In this document: one piece after another, positions 54,136 through 64,000 of the stretch
How the letters are laid out: each line of letters opens with the position of its first letter
Position numbering within the stretch: the first letter of the stretch is position 1
Assembly (NCBI GenBank): GCA_951406725.2
Contig: OX597828.1
Location: 73,346,001-73,410,000, forward strand
Source: Octopus vulgaris
Taxonomy: Eukaryota
Direction of reading: 5' to 3'
Length of the DNA: 64,000 nucleotides
The notes under the pieces: generated by a model
Databases searched by the model: none
What the model was told of the DNA's origin: nothing
The model's input: the letters and a program-made list of their open reading frames with translations, nothing else
Translations under genes and position numbers: made by a program

Positions 54136-54671
54136 GGGCTCAGATTCCACGTCAGGCATAATAGCAGCAGTTCGACAGCGGCTGCAATTTTGAAGAAGAC
54201 TTGAAAGTGCATATTCTCAGAAAATATTCTGAATCTGCTTCACTTTCACTTCTCCGAATGTATGAGGAGAAATCTGTTTGCGGGTTATTAACATCACGCC
54301 CTTGAGGAATGAATAAGACGACAGGAGAATATCATCAAATGTATACAAAACTGTTTCATTAAATATTCTTCTTTCTCTCTTTTTCTTTCCTTTTTTTCTG
54401 TCTTTTTCTTTTCGCCTGTTATAAAATTGTAACTGAAAAACTAATGATGTCATTCCATCAACGTGTGGACGCTGGTTGCTCTCGTTCATACTTTACATTT
54501 TAATTTCTGTAATTTTGAATTTTTATTTTATTTCTTATTTTGAACTTGACAAAAACAGACGTACTGTTGAAATATCGTTCAACTAATAAAATATCTTACA
54601 ATCGAATCACGCTCTCCGTCTTAACTGTTTACCTTTGTGAAGAGTTGCGTCAATCCTTTTTTAAAATATTA

Positions 54672-54749
<78 letters not shown>

Positions 54750-54752
<3 letters not shown>

Positions 54753-54969
54753 CGTAGTTTTATTTTTATAGCGTGCTTTCACTTCACTACCGAGCGCAGC
54801 TCTGTGTGCCTTAGGTATGTGCTGTGATTTGTTGTGATGCTCTGATGGTTATTCTATGGAAAGTGTTCTGCGTAGGATGTGTGCGGTGCCTAGTACTGCA
54901 ATTTTCTGTATGTTATATGTGTTTGTAAGTCCTGGTGTTTTTGTTATGTATTTGTCTGAATATTTTTTT
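54750..54969 (-). mobile_element. R4/Dong-like LINE 3' end (second subfamily) within (TAA)n
   Basis: Minus strand KTPGLTNTYNIQKIAVLGTAHILRRTLSIE* is homologous to the C-terminus at 63640-63725; (TTA)n arrays on both sides. Confidence 0.85.
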
Positions 54970-54980
54970 AAATTTTATTA

Positions 54981-55018
<38 letters not shown>

Positions 55019-55354
55019 GACTATGCATATTTATTTGAAATTACGTTAATCGGTTATGAATAAAATGCCGTTGAATATAATTGCGTTGATATTCTTATAA
55101 TGATAATTATCATTACTTCGTTAATATTATCATTTTGTGGATTTAAACATAATTATTTAGAAATAAATAAATTTTAATTTTCATATTAAAAAACGATTTC
55201 GTTATAAGTGTATTTATTCGTTTTAAGTATACCATTATCAGTATATGTTTAGAAATATCATTATTTCCTCATAGACAACATTTTTGTCTCTAAACAGAAA
55301 CAGCCGGATTTGGTTATAATCAACATTATTGTGTATAATATATATATATATATA

Positions 55355-55765
55355 TGTGTGTACGTAGTATGTGTGTGCGCGTGTATGTGTATGTGTGTGT
55401 GTGCGCGTGTATATGTGTGTGTGTGTATGTGTGTGTATGTGTGCGCGTGTATGTGTGTGTGTGTGTATGTGTGTGTGTGCGCGTGTATGTGTGTGTGTGT
55501 GTGTGTGCGCGTGTATGTGTGTGTGGGTGGGTGTGGGTGTATGTGTGTGTGTGTGTGTGCGCGCGTTTATGTGTGTGGGGTTGGGCGTGTGTGTGTATGT
55601 GTGTGTGTATGTGTGTGTGTGTGTGCGCGTGTATGTGTGTGTGTGTATGTGTGTGTGTGCGCGTGTATATGTGTGAGTGTGTGTGTGTGTGTGCGCGTGT
55701 ATGTGTGTGCGCGTGTATGTGTGTGTGTGTGTGTGTGCGTGTGTGTGTCTGTGTGTGCATGTGTG
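55355..55765. repeat. (TG)n with periodic GCGC/TA interruptions
   Basis: Read directly from the sequence. Confidence 0.95.
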
Positions 55766-55879
55766 TCGTTAATGACACTTAAATTTCCTTCTATACATAT
55801 CTCTTGTCATTATTTGCTTTGAATTATCAAAGTGAAACACATTGAGCCAACGCATCTAATGAAGTTTCAAGCCGTCGCT

Positions 55880-56373
55880 GCCATCTTTCTTTCCCTCCTC
55901 TCTCCTCGCATTCTTTATTTATTTTCGTCCTTCTCACTTTCTTAATTTCTTTCATTCTTTCTCCTTCTTTCACACTATTCTTTCTTTCTTTCTTTTTTGT
56001 CTCTTTTTATCCATTTTAATTTCTTTTTAATTATTTCCTATCTTTCTTATTTCTTTCCATCCGTTCGTTTCTTCTTTCTTTGTTTTTTTCTCTTTATTTC
56101 TCCCTTTCTATTATTATTCAATTCTTCCTTTCCTTCTTCCTTTCTTCTAACAGCTTTTTTCTTTCTTTTCATTCGTTCTTTCTTTTACTTTCTTAATTTC
56201 GTTCTCCTTCTTTCACACTCTTTCTTTCATTCTCTATCTTTCTTTTTCTTTCATTCATTCTTTCTTTCTTCTGTCCGTTTTTTCTTTTTTACCTTTTCAT
56301 TCATTCATCCTTCCCATTTCTTTCTTTCTCTTTTCCCACTCTTCTTTCATTTTCTAACTTTCCTTCTTTCTTG

Positions 56374-56404
<31 letters not shown>

Positions 56405-56617
56405 TCACCCTTCATCCTTTCTTTCTTTCTATCTTTCTTGTTTTCTCTTTTCATCCATTTTAATTTTTTTCTAATTCTCTTACCCATTTTTTTCTTTATC
56501 TTTTTCCCTTTCTCACATTCTTCCATTCTTTTTTTCCTTCTTCCATTCTATCCTTCTTTCTTCTATCCGCTACTTTTTCTTTGCTCTTTTTTTTCTTCCC
56601 TTTTTTCTGTTTTTTTT
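55880..56617. repeat. Polypyrimidine low-complexity tract
   Basis: Almost only C/T on the plus strand; source of the F/S/L ORF 55997..56668. Confidence 0.9.
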
Positions 56618-56730
56618 CCGGGTTCAGTCCCACTGCGTGGCAGCTTGGGCAAATATCTTCTACTATAGCCTCGGCCCAACCAAAGCCATGTGAGTGGATT
56701 TGGTAGACGGAAACTTAAAAAAGCTTATCG

Positions 56731-56823
<93 letters not shown>

Positions 56824-56945
56824 GTATATATATATGTATATATAATACGATAAGCTTCTTTACAAAAATAAGTCGTTGTGTCGATTTTCTCATCTAAAGG
56901 CTCCATCATGGTCGCAGTCAAATGACCGAAGCAAATAAAAGAATA
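56618..56945 (+). mobile_element. SINE family A with a ~85-bp internal (TA)n
   Basis: ccgggttcagtcccactgcgtggc head and catggtcgcagtcaaatgac tail. Confidence 0.85.
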
Positions 56946-56956
56946 AATAAATATAT

Positions 56957-57035
<79 letters not shown>

Positions 57036-57038
<3 letters not shown>

Positions 57039-58301
57039 GGTGCCCCCAAAAAATGTATACACATTTTAGCAGCTGATAACTCAATGATTTATTCTTTCTT
57101 TATAGACTGAACCCATTGAACGGAGTGATGGCAGCCAGACTTGACTTTGAAGAAAGGAAATTTATTCTAAAATGCTACTGGAAGTATGAAAACGCAATAG
57201 AAGTGCAAAGACAATTTAGGAGGGAGTTTAACAAAGAACCACCAACACGAGTTACCATCACTCGAATTAGAGATAAGTTTGAAGCTGATGGAACTGTTCA
57301 GGACGTCCATAAGAAGCGTTCCGGAAGACCATGTACATCGACAAGTCCCACAAAAGAAAAAAGATTACTGGAAACTTTTCAACGAAGTCCAAGAATGTCT
57401 TTGCGGCAAGCTAGTCCTGAGGTAGGCATTTCAAAATCATCTGTCCATCGCATCATGAAACATTGTCAATGGAGAAGTCACATTCCAAGATTAGTCCATG
57501 CTCTTAATGACGATGATCCAGACCGAAGAGTACAGTATTGCGAGTGGTACTTGGAACGATGTAACGAAGATGCACACTTTCCTACAAAGATTGTGTGGAA
57601 TGATGAGGCCACATTCAAATTAAATGATTCGATTAACAGACACAATTGCACCTACTGGGGACCTGAGAATCCACATGTTATGGTCGACCACCATGTTAAT
57701 TTACCAGGAATTACAGTGTGGTGTGGCTTATCTTCACGAGGATTAATTGGACCTTTCTTTTTTGACGCTACTGTGACTGGTCCTGTTTACTTGAACTTAC
57801 TGCAACAGTCTGTCATGCTAAGCATTAGAGAGGACTTTGAACAGGAAGAGTTTATTTCCAGCAAGATGGGGCACCTCCACACTACCATCGCGATATTAGA
57901 TCCTTTCTTGATGGGATCTTGCCAAACAGGTGAATTGGACGGAGAGGTTTTGTCGAATACCCCCCACGTTCATCAGACCTCACACCACTAGACTTCTTTT
58001 TATGGGGATACCTAAAGGACAAAGTCTACGCACAGAAACCTGCAACAGTCGTTCAATTGAGGGCAACCATTGTACATGAATGTACGAATATCCCAAGGGA
58101 ATTGTTCCATGATGTGTGCCGTTCCATCGCTTCGCGTTGTCAGCAGTGTCTGGAGCAGAACGGACATCAGTTTGAGAACATGCGATAACAAGACAATAGA
58201 ATGATATTTGTAAATTCTTTTACATGTTGAAAATTATTCGAATTATAATAAACCCCAAATTTACAATTATTTAAGGTGTGTATACATTTTTTGGGGACAG
58301 C

Positions 58302-58304
<3 letters not shown>
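57036..58304 (+). mobile_element. Full-length Tc1/mariner element, DD41D (rosa/Visitor family)
   Basis: ~28-bp TIRs CAGGGTGCCCCCAAAAAATGTATACACA and its inverse with 2 mismatches; inserted in (TA)n; length 1269 bp. Confidence 0.95.
57128..58188 (+). pseudogene. DD41D transposase with a frameshift (~57855) and an in-frame TGA
   Basis: [19 protein letters not shown] and [20 protein letters not shown]; I count 41 residues between the 2nd and 3rd Asp. Confidence 0.93.
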
Positions 58305-58355
<51 letters not shown>

Positions 58356-58361
58356 GATATG

Positions 58362-58429
<68 letters not shown>

Positions 58430-58430
58430 A

Positions 58431-58502
<72 letters not shown>

Positions 58503-58919
58503 GGAGCGAAACAGACAGACAGAGAGCGAAAGGGACAGAGAGGAAGAGAGAGTTAGGTTGCAATTGCATTAAGTTGAAGAGCTTTTTGTGAGTGGTTTAC
58601 ATTTGCAGAATTTTCGGCGAGCAATATTATTGTTATTGGAAATTATCGAATATTCCATAAAGACTTGGTTGGAAGCACTTAGCTCGATATTAGTGTTACC
58701 AGTAAAATCCATTGTTAAATTGAGTCGTTTGAATGACGCCTGTCACAATTTCAACAGACAATACCTGGATGTGTCTTTAGCTGGAGAAATAATATTTAAA
58801 TTGAGAGAGTTCACGGAAACAAATGTTCATAGAGACACGTCGTGTGGTTTTAAGTTTTATTGCTGAATTAAGCTGTCGGCCATGTTAGCAGCACGTTTAA
58901 CAACAGCAGCAGAAAAGCT

Positions 58920-59164
58920 CATAGTGGTGGCGGTGGTGGTGGTGGTGGTGGTCGCCGTCGTCGTCGTCGTCCATCGCCGTTTTCATGTTCGTCGTCAGTC
59001 GTATTGATTCATCATCGTTGTCATTGTTATCATCGATTTCATTAACAATTTCATTACCATCACCGTCATCATCATCATCATCATCCTCACCGTCATCATC
59101 ATCGTCATCATCATCACCATCATGATTATCATCATCATCATGATCATCATCATCATCATCCCTG

Positions 59165-59231
<67 letters not shown>

Positions 59232-59426
59232 AATTCCTGTCATCATCATCATCATCATCATCATCGTCATCATCGTCATCATCACCATCATGACCATCAT
59301 CATCATCATGATCATCATCATCATCCCTGTCGTCATCATCATCATCATCCCTGTCGTCATCATCATCATCATCATCATCACTGTCGTCATCATCATCATC
59401 ATCACTGTCATCATCATCATCATCAC

Positions 59427-59471
<45 letters not shown>

Positions 59472-59504
59472 CTGTCATCATCATCATCATCATCATCTCT
59501 GTCG

Positions 59505-59540
<36 letters not shown>

Positions 59541-59810
59541 CTGTCATCATCATCATCATCATCACTGTCATCATCATCATCATCATCATCATCCCTGTCG
59601 TCATCATCATCATCATCATCATCATCGTCGTCGTCGTCGTCGTTGTCGTCGTCATCGTTAGTGCCACCGTCGTCGCTGTCATCATCTTCGTCGTTATTAC
59701 CACAAACGTCGTCGTCGTTGTCGTCATCATAGTCATCATCATCATTCTCGTAAACATCGCAGTCGCCACCATTATCACCGCTGCCATCAAAACCACCACC
59801 ACCCTCTTCC
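58920..59810. repeat. Very long (CAT/CGT)n trinucleotide array
   Basis: Read directly; source of the poly-D, poly-M, poly-I and poly-H ORFs. Confidence 0.97.
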
Positions 59811-60545
59811 CTCACTTCCTTTTCTTCTTCTTCTTCTTCTTCTTCCTACTCCCCTTCCTCACATTTCTGCTTCTCTCCTTCTTCCTCCTTCTCACCTCCT
59901 CTTCCTCAGCATTCTATTTCTCTCCTTCCTCCTCATTCTTCTTTTCCTCTTCCTCCTCCTCCTTCACATCTTCTCCTCCTCCTCCTCCTCCTCCACATCT
60001 TCTCCTTCTCCTTCTCCTCCTCCTCCTCCTCTTCCTGACCTTTCTCTTTCTCTTCTTCCTCCACCTTCTCCTCTTCCTCACCTTTCTCTTTCTCTCCTTC
60101 TCCTCTTCCATCTTTTCCTTCTCCTCCTTCCCCTCCTCCTCCACATCTCCTCCTCTTTCTTCTTCTCCTTCTCCTCCTCCTCCTCCTCCTCCTGACCTTT
60201 CTCTTTCTCTTCTTCCTCCACCTTCTCCTCTTCCTCACCTTTCTCTTTCTCTCCTTCTCCTCTTCCATCTTTTCCTCCTCCTCCTTCCCCTTCTCCTCCT
60301 CTTTTTTATCTTTCTCTCCTTCCCCTCCTACTCATCCTCCCCATCTTCCTCCTACTTCTCCTCCTCATCCTCCTCTTCCTCACTTTTCTCTTTCTCTTCT
60401 CCTCCTCCTCCTCATCTTTTTGTTTCTCTCTTTCTCCTTCCTTCTCCTTGTCCTTTTCCTCGCCTTTCCCTTTCCTTCCATCCTTCCCCCTCCGCCTCCT
60501 CTTCCTCGCCTTTCTCTTTCTCTCCTCTTCTTTCTCTTTTCCTGC
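59810..60545. repeat. (CTC/CTT) polypyrimidine tract with an internal ~155-bp duplication
   Basis: 'cctgacctttctctttctcttcttcctccacc...ttccatcttttcc' occurs at ~60034-60118 and again at ~60191-60275. Confidence 0.9.
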
Positions 60546-60726
60546 TCATCATCATCATTATCATCAAGATCAATACCACCAACATTAGCGCCACGGCGAC
60601 TCCTCCTCCCGTCACCATCATCATCATTATCCCTGCCGCAGCCGTCGTCGCTGCCACGATTATTGCAACCACTACCACCACCACTGACGGTATGTGCATC
60701 TCTGATCATGAGCAGAAGTAGTTAGG

Positions 60727-61055
60727 AAGCATCATAGCCATATGTTGAGAGGAATGTTTTGGAGTTTGAATAATTCACCTTTGGAAACATTGCTGTTTTG
60801 CTCAACATCCTTAAACAACCCTTATTCAGAGACCTTTTGAGCAAGATGGGTTACTCGACCAGAAGAACATTCTAACTGGGCCTTACCTGCAAGGGCATGT
60901 GCTCTTTATCTTGATATGAGATCACCATGTCGCGCACATATGGTTGTGATGCATGTGTCTATTGTACCCTTATCAGACGGGTAGTCATGATGGCTAAACT
61001 GGGCTTGGTATATTTTACCCGTATCACTTTGATAGCATACACTGCTCTGTCACTC
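60727..61055 (+). mobile_element. Unclassified retroposon 3' segment ending in (TAA)n
   Basis: Complex-sequence block ending 'cactc' directly into a long TAA array; no clear ORF. Confidence 0.35.
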
Positions 61056-61141
<86 letters not shown>

Positions 61142-61179
61142 TATTAATAATAATAATAATAATGATGATGATGATGATG

Positions 61180-61269
<90 letters not shown>
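61056..61269. repeat. (TAA)n array
   Basis: Read directly from the sequence. Confidence 0.98.
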
Positions 61270-61270
<1 letters not shown>

Positions 61271-63912
61271 CAGCTACTGTAAAGTCTGTACCATCAAAAG
61301 AAGAAGTGCAGGGATTTGGGAATAACATTTGGGCAGAAGAAAAAACACACAATGAAAAGGCCCCCTGGATTGATAGAATATCTACGTAACTGGATTCCTT
61401 AGAAGAGCAAAAGTGAGAGGGTGTCAAGGTAGAAGATATAAGATCTGCTCTCAGGAGGTCAAGCAAATGGAAGTCTCCAGGAAAGGATAAAATTCCTAAC
61501 TTCTGGTTGAATGCCTTCCCAGAGAGCCATGAACTGCTAACAGAACTTTACAATGGTGTTTTGCAACACACTAGTTGGATGCCTCCTTGACTAGTTAATG
61601 GATTAACATTCCTGCTTCCAAAAAGTGAAGAAACAAATGAACCAAAATACTATAGACCCATAATTTGCTTAATAACTATGTATAAAACTCTAACATCTGT
61701 CCTGACGGAATATACCTATAGTTTTTTGACAGACAGCAGCATATTCCCTAATGAACAGAAAGGATGTAAACGTGGATCCTATGGTTGTAAAGATCAACTA
61801 CTCATCAATAAGATGATCTTAGAAGATTGTCACAAACAACACAAAAATTTGTCGATAGCCTGGATAGACTATAAAAAGGCTTTTGATAGCCTACCACATA
61901 GCTGGATTAAGAAATGCCTGGAAATGTATAAAATAGCACCTACACTGCGAAACTTTTTGTCTGTAAGTATGAAATCATAGAGAACCACACTAACTTTGAA
62001 CAGTGACAATGAATCTCTAAATGCTGGTGATGTAAAAATTTCATGTGGCATTTTCCAGGGTGACTCACTATCACCACTCCTCTTTTGTTTAGTCTTAATA
62101 CCTCTCTCAAAATTGCTCAATGACGCGCAGTACGGTTATAAAATGTTTCATAAAAATATAAATCATCTCATTTACATGGATGATTTAAAGCTCTTTTCAA
62201 AAACTGACCATCAGCTCAAGGGCTTACTAACAATTGTTAAACAATACAGCGATGACATCAGAATGCAATTTGGCCTCGATAAATGTGCAAAAGCTACCTT
62301 TATCAAAGGAAAAATGACAGAAACATCTAACGTTAACCTTGACCAGCAGAATGTCATAAAAGGATTAGACCCAGCGGAGAGCTACAAGTACCTAGGGGAA
62401 ATTGAAGGGGACGGAATAAGGCATTCAGTGATGAAGGAAAGGATCAGGAGAGAATGTTATCGCAGAGTAAGAGCAATACTCAAGACAGAGCTAAATGCGA
62501 GAAACAGGATCGAAGCGATCAATGCTTTAGCCATACCAGTCGTGACTTACAGTTTCAACATCGTTAACTGTTCAATTACTGAAATATGTAATCTTGACAG
62601 AAAAATACGAAAACTGTTGACAATGCATAGAATGCACCACCCTAAGGCAGATATAGAACGACTTTATCTGCCAAGAAAAGAGGAAGGCCGTGGACTTTTA
62701 CAACTGGCAATAACAATGAAGATTGCTGCAATTGGTCTAGACACCTACCTGAAAAAGTCTGAGGAGTGGATGTTAAAACTTGTCTCAAAACATGAAAACA
62801 AGAAGGCATCATACACAGTAACAAAACAGACAAAGGAATATCTAAGTGAATTCTGAATACAACAAATTTCTGAATTAGACATACAACAAACAAGCACAGA
62901 AAAAGCTAAATGCATGAAAATCCGTGCCAAAACTGCGGCCTTAGATATTCTGAATGATAAATGGCAAGAAAAACCTCTCTATGGCAAATACCCAAAGAGA
63001 GTGAATTATGCAGATGTTGACAAAGCCCTAACACATCAATGGCTAATGGCCTCTGGCTTAAAATCTGAAACAGAAGGGTTTATCATAGCAGCTCAAGATC
63101 AATGCCTACCAACAAGTAACTACCAGGCCAACATATTAAAGAACGGCAGTAGCCCAACATGTCGTGTATGTCAACAACAAAATGAAACCATTGATCATGT
63201 TGTCTCCAAATGCAGTCTTCTAGCGCCTACAGAGTTTCTCAACAGGCATGATAGAGCTGCACAATATATTCACTGGGTAGTCTGCAAAAAGCTGGATTGG
63301 CCCCATGAAAAAACTGGTGGGAACACAAACCACCTCCAGTGCTTGAAAATGACCACATCTCACTCCTCTGGAACTTCACCATTCAAACTGACAGAAAGAT
63401 AGATGCAAATATGCCAGACATCATATTGAAAGATTTCAAACAAAGAACATGCCTCCTCGTTGATATGACTGTCCTAATCGATATAAACGTATCTGTCAAG
63501 ACCTACCAAAAACTGAGCAAATATAAAGATCTTGAAATAGAAATCAGCAAACTGTGGAACCTGAAGACTAAAACAATACCTGTTGTCATAGGTGTCCTGG
63601 GAATGATAGCAAAAGGGGCTGATCGCTACCTAATTCAGATACCAGGAAACCCCAAAATGGCAGAAATTCTAAAGATAGTGCTCATGGGAACTGCTCATAT
63701 CCTACGTAAAATACTTTCTATGTAACCTCAAGTTTTAAAACAAACATAACTTTCGTTTTTTTTTTAGGCATTCACTAGTACAACACTAAATACAAAATCA
63801 AATATATGGCACATTAGGCATAACAACAATACGAACTTCCAACCTGTTGCCTCTTGAGGTCTCTGGGTGAGACTTGGAGCCAACTTGTACAAATATTAAG
63901 CAAAAGTCAAAC

Positions 63913-63915
<3 letters not shown>
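61270..63915 (+). mobile_element. R4-clade (Dong-like) non-LTR retrotransposon, 5'-truncated, inactivated
   Basis: RT motifs KSPGKD, YRPIICL, EQKG, WIDYKKAFDS, GIFQGDSLSP, YMDDLKL, YKYLG; CCHC CRVC..ETIDHVVSKC; RHD; restriction-like endonuclease PDI..D..KLSKY; several stops and a frameshift (~63310); (TAA)n on both sides. Confidence 0.95.
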
Positions 63916-63984
<69 letters not shown>

Positions 63985-64000
63985 TGATGATGATGATGAT

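Noticed and set aside
55997-56668. 223-aa Phe/Leu/Ser-rich ORF resembling a membrane protein
   Set aside because: Polypyrimidine tract in which stop codons are rare by composition; it ends inside a SINE.
58897-59815. Long poly-Met/poly-Asp ORFs (301, 143 and 130 aa) suggesting an acidic biomineralisation-type protein
   Set aside because: Pure (GAT)n microsatellite, which is stop-free in several frames by construction; the frame slips mid-array and there is no signal peptide or non-repetitive domain.

Overview
AT-rich, extremely repeat-dense eukaryotic DNA. The SINE repertoire and the (TA)n/(GATA)n/(TG)n load resemble octopus (cephalopod) genomes; this is inference from repeat style, not a database result. 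I find no convincing host protein-coding exon, so the window is probably intergenic or lies inside a large intron. Most ORFs in the supplied track are microsatellite translation artefacts. The real coding signal is all from decayed transposons: a full-length mariner (DD34D), a full-length rosa/Visitor-type Tc1/mariner (DD41D), a truncated hAT transposase, a 5'-truncated R4/Dong LINE in (TAA)n, three copies of a Tx1/L1-clade LINE abutting (GATA)n, CR1-like and other LINE 3' ends, Penelope-like RT and GIY-YIG fossils, a non-autonomous Helitron, MITEs, and at least four tRNA-derived SINE families (labelled A-D here). Most notable: (1) several hammerhead-ribozyme-like motifs, including one with a fully intact core and a ~95-nt stem II (43728-43854, minus), one minimal motif with a CUGUUGA core, and one possibly re-wired motif; (2) an apparently (GATA)n-specific Tx1-like LINE; (3) head/tail-shuffled SINEs and a SINE-CR1 3' tail showing covariation; (4) a 1.1-kb tandem duplication whose middle SINE is a chimera of its neighbours.
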